This document shows positions 7,961 to 16,554 of a stretch of 20,000 nucleotides of DNA, one piece after another; position 1 is the stretch's first letter, and each line of letters starts with the position of its first letter. A program made the translations under genes and the position numbers. The notes below the pieces were generated by a model, which saw nothing but the letters and a program-made list of their open reading frames with translations, ran no database searches and was not told where the DNA came from. The stretch is from an uncultured virus (IMG/VR IMGVR_UViG_3300021478_000027). Its lineage: Duplodnaviria > Heunggongvirae > Uroviricota > Caudoviricetes. Where the stretch lies: IMG/VR virus record IMGVR_UViG_3300021478_000027. One strand, given 5' to 3'.

Positions 7961-8136
7961 TAAGCCTTGCTCCCCGCATTAGGAACGTGCTGGATCGAAT
8001 TGACCGGCGAGGACGAAGGGGTCGGGATGTGGCCGGTGCGCGCACCGATCTCGTTCTCCTTCATCGAAACGCGGACGATCTGCGCGTCCTGCTTCGGGAG
8101 CGACTTGGTGGAATCCTGAAAGATGTTTACGGGCAT
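7960..8136 (-). CDS. Small 58-aa protein MPVNIFQDSTKSLPKQDAQIVRVSMKENEIGARTGHIPTPSSSPVNSIQHVPNAGSKA
   Basis: RBS GAGGA before ATG 8136; the true start lies inside the 228-aa track ORF. Confidence 0.7.
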   Translation of the reverse strand: MPVNIFQDSTKSLPKQDAQIVRVSMKENEIGARTGHIPTPSSSPVNSIQHVPNAGSKA

Positions 8137-8147
8137 GCTGTTGTCCT

Positions 8148-8561
8148 CTATGCGGCCATTGGCGGCGGCGGTGGCGGCGGGGCAGCGGGAGCACCGCCAC
8201 CCATCTGGGCCGCTTGCGCGGCGGCGTTCTGCGGGGCCATTTGGCGCTGCTGCATCAGCATCTTCTGCGCCTCGGTCATCTGCATTCCGGGAGACACCGC
8301 GCCTTGGGGAACGTGCTTCGCCAACTTGTTGACGGCTTCGCGCAAGTCGCGAGAAATGTCTGAGCCTATGGGAAATGCCATCATCAGTTGCTGGATGGCA
8401 GTGGCATGCACCGCCAGCTTCGCCAAAGCGGCGGCTTCGATTCCGCGATTTGGCGAGGGCGCTGACGCAGGGGACGGGCCCGTCGCCTGCCCCGGAGGCG
8501 GTGCCCCTGGAGCCGGTACCGGACCACCCTGCGGCGGCATGCTGGCGGGCATATCCGGCAC
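8148..8561 (-). CDS. Pro/Ala/Gln-rich head-module protein
   Basis: 137 aa with low-complexity ends around a short helical core (LAKLAVH...DLREAVNKLAKHVP). Exact start uncertain. Confidence 0.65.
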   Translation of the reverse strand: MPDMPASMPPQGGPVPAPGAPPPGQATGPSPASAPSPNRGIEAAALAKLAVHATAIQQLMMAFPIGSDISRDLREAVNKLAKHVPQGAVSPGMQMTEAQKMLMQQRQMAPQNAAAQAAQMGGGAPAAPPPPPPPMAA

Positions 8562-8564
8562 GGA

Positions 8565-8606
8565 TTACTTCCGGCGGTGCTTGCGCCGACGATTGCGAGG
8601 CAGCAT
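8565..8606 (-). CDS. 13-aa Arg/Lys-rich micropeptide MLPRNRRRKHRRK
   Basis: GGAG SD 7 nt before ATG 8606; TAA at 8567-8565, 3 nt before the next GTG start. Confidence 0.6.
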   Translation of the reverse strand: MLPRNRRRKHRRK

Positions 8607-8654
8607 AGCCTTGCTCCATCTCAAGAGTTGCACACGTCCCCGCCACCCAAGGAG

Positions 8655-8734
8655 GAGAGACGGTCTGACGAGGACAAAATCCATATGGAGTAGAGACGGC
8701 TAGACACGGTACTAGGGAGTGATGTAAAAACGGT
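8655..8734. repeat. Four imperfect 10-bp direct repeats ending in ACGG(T/C) in the divergent intergenic region
   Basis: GAGAGACGGT 8655-8664, TAGAGACGGC 8691-8700, TAGACACGGT 8701-8710, TAAAAACGGT 8725-8734; palindrome TCCATATGGA at 8680-8689. Confidence 0.55.
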
Positions 8735-8747
8735 CAGGGATGCTCGG

Positions 8748-8945
8748 ATGATACAATCGCGACGCAAGCTAGGAGCCAAGCAAGCGGCTCATGCACTTGG
8801 CGTCAGCCTAAAGACGCTGGCCACATGGAGGCGTCTAAAGCTTGGCCCGCCGTTTTTCAAAGTGAGTAGAAATCTTTGCCTATATGATGAAGAGGAGCTA
8901 GATCGCTGGCTCCAAAAAACGCGAGTGGACCCAAATGGGAGCTAA
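8748..8945 (+). CDS. AlpA/excisionase-like (MerR-type winged HTH) DNA-binding protein
   Basis: QAAHALGVSLKTLATWRR..LGPPFFKV....LY..EELDRWL pattern. Confidence 0.8.
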   Translation: MIQSRRKLGAKQAAHALGVSLKTLATWRRLKLGPPFFKVSRNLCLYDEEELDRWLQKTRVDPNGS

Positions 8946-9120
8946 AGACTTCACTTCCGAAAAAGGGGCCAAGGAACTTTGCTCTAGAATCGTCGAATAT
9001 TGGAAAAATCAGGGATTTTCAAAGGTCATGGCGGCACCGGTTCCGCTCAACACGGTGGCGCGCTGGTCAGACAACTGGGGCATAAAATCCAACATCGGGC
9101 TTAATGGGCCACCGGCATGA
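8935..9120 (+). CDS. Small hypothetical phage protein
   Basis: 61 aa, overlaps both neighbours (ATGA overlap with the GT2 gene). Confidence 0.6.
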   Translation: MGAKDFTSEKGAKELCSRIVEYWKNQGFSKVMAAPVPLNTVARWSDNWGIKSNIGLNGPPA

Positions 9121-10037
9121 AGGTCTCCTTCATCGTTCCCGCGCGGAATAAAGAGCATTTTATCCGCAATACGGCGCAATCGGTTCTCTTACAAACCTAC
9201 TCGCCGATGGAAATCGTCTTTAGCGACCAGGGGTCGACCGACGATACGCTCGGTATCCTGCTCGATATGGCCGAAACCTATAACGGCCCCAACACCGTCC
9301 GCGTTATCCAATGCCCCCATACCGAGCGAAAGGGTATGCCGGGGCTTAATGCTCACCTCAACTGGCTACACGGCCAGATCGATAGCGATATCGTCATCAT
9401 GTGCTCGGCGGACGATCTGAACAATTCAAAGAGAGCAGAATTAACGGTAAAGGCATTCGAGGAACACGATCCGTCTTACGTCAATACCGGGGTCATCTAC
9501 CTCAACCCAAACGACCCAGAAGACCTCCCAAAGGTCACTGCATTCCCCGACAAGTCGAGTCGCTGGCTCCAGCCTGCCGAAACAATCAAGCACCAGATCG
9601 GATCATCCGGCTCATCCGCGTGGGCACGCGACTTGTACGAAAAGCACGGACCGCTGGAAGGTTGCGAGCAGCAGGACATGATCCTGCCGATGATGGCGCT
9701 GATCGAGCGCGGCATCTATTACGTGGATGAGCCGCTGCACACCTACATCGCGCACGCCTCACTCGATAACACCGGGTTCATCGGCCAAATCAATGCCGCC
9801 GAGAACGAAGTACATAAGATGCAACTCGTCGAGCTGAACGATTTTATCAACGTCTACAACTGGACAAACATCCTGCGGCGCTGGACCGAGCTGCCGGAGC
9901 AATTCGCCGCGCTCGCCAGCGATGACGCAGCCATGAACGCCCTCACGGAAAAGATCAGCAACTGTGCTGATGCGTGGTCCAACGTGCGCAACCACATGAT
10001 CATCAACGATGTCTACCCGATAAAGATGAGGACGTAA
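9117..10037 (+). CDS. Glycosyltransferase family 2 (GT-A fold)
   Basis: VSFIVPARN...SVLLQTY..EIVFSDQGSTDDT N-terminus and SADD (DxD-like) motif. Confidence 0.88.
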   Translation: MKVSFIVPARNKEHFIRNTAQSVLLQTYSPMEIVFSDQGSTDDTLGILLDMAETYNGPNTVRVIQCPHTERKGMPGLNAHLNWLHGQIDSDIVIMCSADDLNNSKRAELTVKAFEEHDPSYVNTGVIYLNPNDPEDLPKVTAFPDKSSRWLQPAETIKHQIGSSGSSAWARDLYEKHGPLEGCEQQDMILPMMALIERGIYYVDEPLHTYIAHASLDNTGFIGQINAAENEVHKMQLVELNDFINVYNWTNILRRWTELPEQFAALASDDAAMNALTEKISNCADAWSNVRNHMIINDVYPIKMRT

Positions 10038-10228
10038 TGCGTGATCCCTTTAAGGCTGATATCCGCCCAGACAAGTGGATGGACTGGATTCGTATTACCG
10101 AAGAGCAATTCGGCACAGTTTTGCGATTATCCTCAATGGGTGAAAGTTTGCATCTGACAGCTCGAACGGCTATGGAGCTGAAGGCTGTAATCGACGAATG
10201 GCTCACGCTTCCAATGCCGATGCAATGA
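10037..10228 (+). CDS. Small hypothetical protein (63 aa, MRDPFKAD...)
   Basis: TAATG overlap with GT2 and ATGA overlap with GT9. Confidence 0.6.
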   Translation: MRDPFKADIRPDKWMDWIRITEEQFGTVLRLSSMGESLHLTARTAMELKAVIDEWLTLPMPMQ

Positions 10229-11265
10229 AGAAGTGGTGCTGCATCTGTCGCTTGGGTAGTATCGGAGATGATTTAATCGTCTCGTCAGTATTACCATTAT
10301 TAAAACGCCAAGGGTACATGATCGAGGTCATGGCGCAGGAGCCGAGCCATGTGGTCTTTGAAAACAATCCGTACATCGATAAGCTCACTGTTCTCAAGAA
10401 ACAGGACTTACCTGATAACAACGCCGACTGGCAAAAATACTTCGTCGGACGCTCCCACGAGTACGATAAGTTCTATCACCTCAGCCACTCCATCGAGTCC
10501 CATGTCGCCTTCCACCCCGACAGCACCTGGTTCTGGTGGCCCGACACATACCGCCGCCAGTTAGCCAACAAGTCGTACCTCGCACTAACCCACGACATCT
10601 GCGAGCTACCGCACGAGTTTGCGCCTGAGTTCTTCCCCACGGAGGAAGAGCGCGACAAGGCGCTGGAGACGAAAGAGAAGATCGGCAAGCAGTTCATCGC
10701 TTGGGTGATTGCCGGCTCGCGGCTCGATAAGCTCTATCCGTACAGCGCGATGGCGGTGGCGCGACTGATCGTCGAGACGGGGCTGCCGGTCGTGATGATG
10801 GGTGGCACACCAAAGGAGTTCGAGGCGGCTCAGTCAATCATGGAGCATGTCGGGCGACAAAACGGAACAACAGATGGGCTGCATCTCGCCATGAAGGCCG
10901 TTGAGGGTGAGAACCTGTGGCCGCTGCGGCGGTCGCTCACCTTCATTCAGTACGCCGACCTGGTGATTTCGCCAGATACGGGGCTGGCTTGGGGCGTCGC
11001 ATCGCGGCCAATGCCCAAGATCATGCTGCTCGGCCACGCCTCACCCTTCAACATCACCCACGGCTGGGTTAATACAACCACGCTACACGCCGATCAGGAG
11101 CGGGTGCCATGCGCCCCGTGCCACCGACTCCACAACGACGCGTCTACCTGCGTCCCAAACAAGGAGAACAACGGCGCGGCTTGCATCTCGGACATCACCG
11201 TTGAAGATATCCTTAAGGCAGCAAAATCATGCTTAGTCCCGCCCCATACGACCCTAAATGGCTAA
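10225..11265 (+). CDS. Glycosyltransferase family 9 (heptosyltransferase-like, GT-B fold)
   Basis: RLGSIGDDLI, NNPYIDK, ADLVISPDTGLAW and a C-terminal CAPC...C...C cluster. Start moved to ATG 10225. Confidence 0.85.
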   Translation: MKKWCCICRLGSIGDDLIVSSVLPLLKRQGYMIEVMAQEPSHVVFENNPYIDKLTVLKKQDLPDNNADWQKYFVGRSHEYDKFYHLSHSIESHVAFHPDSTWFWWPDTYRRQLANKSYLALTHDICELPHEFAPEFFPTEEERDKALETKEKIGKQFIAWVIAGSRLDKLYPYSAMAVARLIVETGLPVVMMGGTPKEFEAAQSIMEHVGRQNGTTDGLHLAMKAVEGENLWPLRRSLTFIQYADLVISPDTGLAWGVASRPMPKIMLLGHASPFNITHGWVNTTTLHADQERVPCAPCHRLHNDASTCVPNKENNGAACISDITVEDILKAAKSCLVPPHTTLNG

Positions 11266-11495
11266 CCCATGAATGGGTTGACTCACCAACCAATTCGTAC
11301 TGGACGCCAAAACCCAAGGAGCAAAGAATGTTTGGCGCAGAATACAAGCTCGTTGCCAATGCCACGGTCCTGACCGCAGACGACGTTCTGGAGCGAGAAA
11401 TCCGCTCGCGCGAAAGCAACTCCGATGATGTATTGTTCCTGCTGAGGCGTCTCGATGAGGCGCGCGCGAAGGATGGGGCAGCGGAGACAGTCTGA
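11229..11495 (+). CDS. Hypothetical protein
   Basis: 88 aa filling the gap; its TGA overlaps the next ATG. Start uncertain. Confidence 0.5.
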   Translation: MLSPAPYDPKWLTHEWVDSPTNSYWTPKPKEQRMFGAEYKLVANATVLTADDVLEREIRSRESNSDDVLFLLRRLDEARAKDGAAETV

Positions 11496-11890
11496 TGGCA
11501 AATATTAGCGCTTATGCCGGCAAAGCGATGCTGGATTGGACATTGCTCGGCGCCACGCCGACGCGGCCCGCCAATAGCTATGTCGGCATCGGGTTGGCAG
11601 CACCGAACAGCACCAACGGCTCTGAAATCGCGACCGGATCGGGCATGACGCGGCAAACCGTGGCATTTTCCGCCGCCGGATCGCCCGCCAATCTCGCCGG
11701 AAACAACGTTGCAATGACCTTTGGCCCCATTTCCGCCGCTGCCACGGTGATCGGCGTCCAGATTTGGGACACGGGAGCTGCTACGGTCGGCAATATGCTC
11801 TATTTTGCTTCGTTGACCACCTCACGCACCATGAACGGCGGCGATTTCCTATTATTCAGCGTCGGATCGCTCGCTGTCTCGTTAACTTAG
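11495..11890 (+). CDS. Small beta-rich phage fibre-associated structural protein
   Basis: S.Y....LD......P...YV......P....E.......R..V.F.......N.....F.........I.D.....GN.L....L........GD...F..G.L...L pattern of a widespread ~130-aa phage fibre protein family. Confidence 0.7.
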   Translation: MANISAYAGKAMLDWTLLGATPTRPANSYVGIGLAAPNSTNGSEIATGSGMTRQTVAFSAAGSPANLAGNNVAMTFGPISAAATVIGVQIWDTGAATVGNMLYFASLTTSRTMNGGDFLLFSVGSLAVSLT

Positions 11891-11908
11891 GCACGGGCAA
11901 ATGCCGAC

Positions 11909-12127
11909 GTGCTTACAATAGAGAAATACGTCGATCTACGTTTGCGCTTCTTTGAAGGGAAGAACATCGACCTAGTCGGCGCGCGCATGGAAAAAATGGT
12001 TCATGACGCGGGTTACGTTTTCCGATGGCTTGAACTCGATACAAAGATCGCGCCGGAGTGGCGAGATGGCCGTGTCAACGTGCTAGTTAACAAGGCGCAC
12101 GTCATCACGCGGATCACGGTAGGTTGA
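11909..12127 (+). CDS. Potato-I/I78 peptidase-inhibitor-like small protein
   Basis: C-terminus EWRDGRVNVLVNKAHVITRITVG matches the D(Y/F)R..R.N...d....i.....G inhibitor signature. Confidence 0.5.
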   Translation: MLTIEKYVDLRLRFFEGKNIDLVGARMEKMVHDAGYVFRWLELDTKIAPEWRDGRVNVLVNKAHVITRITVG

Positions 12128-12128
12128 C

Positions 12129-15100
12129 ATGACGATCTCACGGGTCGGGGCAGCCACCGGAACGACCACTTGTACTGTGCCAACTCACAGTATCGGCGAC
12201 CTTATTCTCATCGGCGCTTTCCGCCAGACAACCGCGACATCGCCGTCTTTGCCCGCTGGCTATACGAGTATTGCAAACGGCACAGCAACAAGTTGCGCGT
12301 ACCGTTGCGGCTACAAGATCGCGACTGCAACGAACGACAGTTCGGGAACCTGGACAAATGCGACCGCGATAACGTGCGTTGTTTATACGTCAGACCAAAT
12401 CGCCGCTGGTGGCGCAATCAACATCGGCGGACACCTTGGGAGTAGTGCGGCCACCAACCCGGTTAGCTATGGCGGCATTACGCTAAACTACACTGACGGC
12501 GCATCGTGGGTCTTTGCATTCAGCGGAAATCGGAGCCCCACTAATTCGGTCCAGACGCATCCTCCAACTGGGATGACGCTCATCGCGAGCAGCGACCTGG
12601 TAAACACCGTTGAAGTCTGCGCATTCGACACCAATGCGGGCGTTTCCAGTTGGTCGACCCAGACCACGACGCTGTCGACCGCGACCGGGTGGGGAACCAC
12701 GGTCGTTGAAATCTTTGAGACCAACTATGCGTCGGCGATCATCAATAGCGTCCAGCACCGCTCGACCAGCTACAACAATGTCGCCGCCGTTAACGAGCCG
12801 CTCGAAAATTTCGCGGTCGCTTTGCCCGATGCGACCCAATCCGGGCAAGGTCTCGTTTGCGCGGTCGCTTATCCTAGCGGCGCGACGCCGAGCATCACAG
12901 ACGACCAGGGCAATACCTGGCCGGCATCCGGCGCAGCGGGCACGGTCACCGCTGATGCTGGCGGCGGGGCGATGGCGATTCAGATTTTCCGCCTCGCCAG
13001 CGCCGCCGCAAATACGCGGATCGTAACGGTCGGTTTTGGCGGTAGCCCGCAGCAGCCAGTCAAAGTGTGGCTGGAGAAGCTTTACAATATCACCGGAACC
13101 GTTAACGGGTCCAAGACTGGAACGAGTTTAAATACGCTCGGCACGGTATCGCCGGGATCGTTCACGCCAACCAACAACAACGCTAATGGCGGTAACCTGA
13201 TCCTGGCCTACATGGTAGCCCAGGGAACGTCCAATAGCACTAACCCGACTGATATCGCCCCGGCGCGGGGGTATTTCCTTCAGGACGCCGACATCGGCTG
13301 GGTCAGCGGCAACGGTATCCCGAGCGCCTCGCAGGCGTTCCTGCAGACGACCGCTGCCGCGACTACGCCGATGTTCACGCTTCAGGGAAGCGGAACAGAC
13401 ACGTACATCGTCGCAGCGATTGCACTCTCGGTCGGGACGCAAGGCTCTGACGACAGTCGAACCAATGGACATATAGATCGGATTATCGAGTACGCCACTA
13501 ATACAGCGGGGTCGCCGTGGAAGAATAAAACCCCGATGAGCGGCACGACCGGCCTGATAATCGGTTTCGTCGCGGGCACACCAACGAATAATACGGTCAC
13601 GTCTGACAACGGAACTAATACCTGGACTACGATTGAAGGGGCAGCCGGGTCACCATATTTTAATTATTTTCAAGGCTTAACGGCTAGTTCTTCGAGAGAG
13701 GTGTCGCAGACATTCACCGGCAGCGGTAATGGCCAATTCGTTTTCTACGATCTATCTAACTTAGATACTGGAACTGCGCCGGTTACGGCTGGAGTTGGCT
13801 CTACAGCGGCAAATAACGTAGCGTCGATTGCAAATCAGCCGAGCATAACGCCGTCGTCAGCTAACGGCGTCGCGTTCGGTAACCTGCAAAATGGTTTGGG
13901 GCCGACGAACGGCATAACCTCACCATCTGGCGCTCTTTTTGACTGTCCGCTTTATCAGACCGGCCAATTTACGTTCACGCAATCTGGTACTACCGCAAAC
14001 GTATCAGCAGTCGCCTGGGGCCAAGTCTACGGTGACGGTATTACAGGGGTAACCGGCTCGGGCGTGGCGAATGGTCAGTCGAATCAATCGGCCACATCAA
14101 GTTCTACCGGTAACCGAACCTTCAACATTAGCCAGACGCTGGGGACCACAACAGGTCATACCACGTCAACCGACAGCTCTAGCGTAAATTGGGGTGAAGG
14201 ACTCGCGCACGTCTTTACGACTAGCACTGCGGCGCTGAATTTTACATGGAACATCGCGAGTCAACCGGCATCGTCTGTGTCATCCACGGCGATTTGGTTC
14301 AAGGCTGCGGCGAGCACAACAAACTGGCAAGGCGCTGCGAATTTCACGGGTGCTGGTGCGTTCACGGCAAACGCCCAGCTTATCGAGGCATCGCAAGCGA
14401 CATTTGCCGGGGCAGGGCTATTCACTGCTAACGCAACGGCGCAGTTCGCAGCACAGGCGACGTTTGGGGGCGCTGGCAGCTTTACTGCCACTGCGACGAT
14501 GCAGTTCGCCGCACAAGCAACGTTTGCCGGGGCCGGTAGCTTTACTGCGACCGGCTTACCCGTCGATTTCGGGTTTGCGAACTTCGCGGGGGCAGGCAGC
14601 TTTACTGCCAATGCTGGACCAGCTGTCCTCGCTGCGGCGGCGAACTTTGGCGGTGCGGGGCTTTTCACCGCCAATGCCCAACTGATCGAGGCTGCGCAGG
14701 CGACATTTGCCGGGGCCGGGTCATTCACGGCTAACGCTACGGCACTGTTTGCGGCGCAGGCCACATTTGCCGGCACAGGTGCCTTTACCGCCAATGCGAC
14801 GACCCAAATCGCCGGTCAGCAGGGCGCGGCAAACTTTAATGGTGCGGGATTATTCACCGCCAATGCCTCACAGCCGCAACGATCAGCGGCTGCTAACTTT
14901 GCCGGAGCAGGGCTCTTCACCGCCAACGCCACCGTGCAGATGGCGGCACAGGCGACATTCGCAGGAACGGGCGGATTCACGGCCACTGCCGCATTGCGCA
15001 TGCAGGCGACGGCCTCGTTTGCTGGCGCTGGTGCTTTTACCGCCAACGGCAATGTTCCACAGCATATCGCCGCGCAGGCCACATTTGCCGGGGCAGGATC

Positions 15101-15593
15101 GTTCACTGCCAATGCAACCACGCAGGGCGTCACCACATGGACAGGCGCAGCGGCGTTCGCCGGATCAGGCACATTCATTGCCTCAGCGACGGTCCTATCT
15201 GCCGCACTCCCCGTGCCAAACGGGCGGTGGCGGCCCGTCTTCGATACCAGCTACGTCCACACCGTCATCGCCGGTCCACCGCCACAATTCCTTACACCCT
15301 CATTGCGCGAGACCGGCTTCACGCTATACTTTATCTCGCCGGCGGCGGGCGATCTTCCCGCCGGCGCCGTGCTCATTCTGACGCGACCGGACGGATCGAC
15401 AATAAGAGTGCCGGCGGCACGTTTTTATACCGGCATCAACGATCCGACATTCAGCATTTACCTCACCCAAGGCACCTATGCCGCCTACGTGACTAGCACC
15501 GACCTCAATCAGCAGGGTACGTGGAGCATCGAAATCAAGGACGCAGCCAACAACAACATCAGCGGCATCGGATTTTTCAGCGTCGCCGCGTAA
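12129..15593 (+). CDS. Large fibre/adhesin-like virion protein: Ser/Thr-rich beta domains, 14 ~20-aa repeats, C-terminal Ig/BppU-like domain
   Basis: 1154 aa; the C-terminus LILTRPDGS...Y.....DLNQQGTWSIEI resembles BppU-type anchors. Confidence 0.7.
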   Translation: MTISRVGAATGTTTCTVPTHSIGDLILIGAFRQTTATSPSLPAGYTSIANGTATSCAYRCGYKIATATNDSSGTWTNATAITCVVYTSDQIAAGGAINIGGHLGSSAATNPVSYGGITLNYTDGASWVFAFSGNRSPTNSVQTHPPTGMTLIASSDLVNTVEVCAFDTNAGVSSWSTQTTTLSTATGWGTTVVEIFETNYASAIINSVQHRSTSYNNVAAVNEPLENFAVALPDATQSGQGLVCAVAYPSGATPSITDDQGNTWPASGAAGTVTADAGGGAMAIQIFRLASAAANTRIVTVGFGGSPQQPVKVWLEKLYNITGTVNGSKTGTSLNTLGTVSPGSFTPTNNNANGGNLILAYMVAQGTSNSTNPTDIAPARGYFLQDADIGWVSGNGIPSASQAFLQTTAAATTPMFTLQGSGTDTYIVAAIALSVGTQGSDDSRTNGHIDRIIEYATNTAGSPWKNKTPMSGTTGLIIGFVAGTPTNNTVTSDNGTNTWTTIEGAAGSPYFNYFQGLTASSSREVSQTFTGSGNGQFVFYDLSNLDTGTAPVTAGVGSTAANNVASIANQPSITPSSANGVAFGNLQNGLGPTNGITSPSGALFDCPLYQTGQFTFTQSGTTANVSAVAWGQVYGDGITGVTGSGVANGQSNQSATSSSTGNRTFNISQTLGTTTGHTTSTDSSSVNWGEGLAHVFTTSTAALNFTWNIASQPASSVSSTAIWFKAAASTTNWQGAANFTGAGAFTANAQLIEASQATFAGAGLFTANATAQFAAQATFGGAGSFTATATMQFAAQATFAGAGSFTATGLPVDFGFANFAGAGSFTANAGPAVLAAAANFGGAGLFTANAQLIEAAQATFAGAGSFTANATALFAAQATFAGTGAFTANATTQIAGQQGAANFNGAGLFTANASQPQRSAAANFAGAGLFTANATVQMAAQATFAGTGGFTATAALRMQATASFAGAGAFTANGNVPQHIAAQATFAGAGSFTANATTQGVTTWTGAAAFAGSGTFIASATVLSAALPVPNGRWRPVFDTSYVHTVIAGPPPQFLTPSLRETGFTLYFISPAAGDLPAGAVLILTRPDGSTIRVPAARFYTGINDPTFSIYLTQGTYAAYVTSTDLNQQGTWSIEIKDAANNNISGIGFFSVAA
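14325..15197 (+). repeat. 14 tandem coding repeats, consensus AAQATFAGAGSFTANA (~60-72 nt period)
   Basis: Counted in the translation from WQGAANFTGAGAFTANA to WTGAAAFAGSGTFIASA. Confidence 0.9.
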
Positions 15594-15604
15594 GGAGAAA
15601 CAAC

Positions 15605-15823
15605 ATGCCCAGCATCTTCGATGACCTTAATGCTGTTACCCGAAAAGTTTGTGCCCCAACGCTTGCCCGCCAAATTTTAACGAAATCGATTTTGATTAAA
15701 AACTTGGAGCGTGAGCATCCCCCGATTCCGCCAACATGGCGACAAAAATTCCATTGGTGGTTCCGTGAGAAAAGAATACGCCTTGGTGAAATTATCGCGG
15801 GACAACCATTTAACGAGGATTAG
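15605..15823 (+). CDS. 72-aa protein whose N-terminus resembles the MCP N-terminus
   Basis: Strong RBS (taAGGAGaaacaacATG); MPSIFDDLNAVTRKVCAPTLARQI... Confidence 0.7.
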   Translation: MPSIFDDLNAVTRKVCAPTLARQILTKSILIKNLEREHPPIPPTWRQKFHWWFREKRIRLGEIIAGQPFNED

Positions 15824-15825
15824 AC

Positions 15826-16554
15826 ATGCACGATTATGTTTCGCCGAATTTCACAACGATCCTGGACCCGAGCAAGGCGTTTCCGTATCGACTCAACGGA
15901 TACCAACGCACGACTTATATCGGCGAGATCGAACGGGCCGACCCGCACAACTGGGAATACGACGAGCGCTGGCCCCCAACGGGCTTCGTCAACAAGGACG
16001 AGGCCCATATCCTCTATCACCTGGCGCGGCAGTTTCGCGGCAAAGCTGCGCTGGAGACGGGTTGCCACGTTGGGTTTTCCGCCTGGCATCTCCTAAAAGC
16101 CGGGGTCAATCTTTCGATCTGCGATCCTATTTTGTTTGTCCCGGAAATGCGGAAGGCCGTTGTCGAGGCGCTATCTGAGTTCGAAGGACAGTATCAGATG
16201 ACCGGGTTCCCTAGCCCGCAAGCGGCGCTCGAACTCGGCGAGAATCATGGTCCATGGTCATTCGTCTTTATCGATGCAGTGCACCACACCCCACACCCAA
16301 TCATAGATGCCGCTGCTGCCGCCACGCACTGCGCGGCTGATGCGATGATCGTCTTTCACGACGCCATCATCCCCGCCGTGTTCGAGGGTGCAGGGTTTCT
16401 AAAGATTTGCGGCTGGCAGCTTAAGATCTACGACACATCGCAGATGCTGGCGGTCTGCTACCGCGGCAATGTCGAACTGGTCGATCACATTCCTGACGAG
16501 GCGATCCGCGCGCTGCCGATCCCGAATTATTTGGAACCGTACATTCCGCGCTAA
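15826..16554 (+). CDS. Class I SAM-dependent methyltransferase (Methyltransf_24-like)
   Basis: ALETGCHVGFSA (motif I), FVFIDAVH, IVFHD; RBS GAGGA. Confidence 0.85.
   Translation: MHDYVSPNFTTILDPSKAFPYRLNGYQRTTYIGEIERADPHNWEYDERWPPTGFVNKDEAHILYHLARQFRGKAALETGCHVGFSAWHLLKAGVNLSICDPILFVPEMRKAVVEALSEFEGQYQMTGFPSPQAALELGENHGPWSFVFIDAVHHTPHPIIDAAAAATHCAADAMIVFHDAIIPAVFEGAGFLKICGWQLKIYDTSQMLAVCYRGNVELVDHIPDEAIRALPIPNYLEPYIPR

Noticed and set aside
7960..8646. 228-aa minus-strand track ORF
   Set aside because: Only the last 58 codons have an RBS and look real; the rest overlaps the 137-aa and 13-aa ORFs in another frame.
8748..8945. HTH gene as an excisionase marking a prophage end
   Set aside because: No integrase, att site or tRNA nearby; phage structural genes continue on both sides.
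14325..15197. Regular ~60-nt repeats as a CRISPR array or DGR template
   Set aside because: The repeats are in-frame and vary at synonymous positions, with no unique spacers. No cas or reverse transcriptase gene is in the window.
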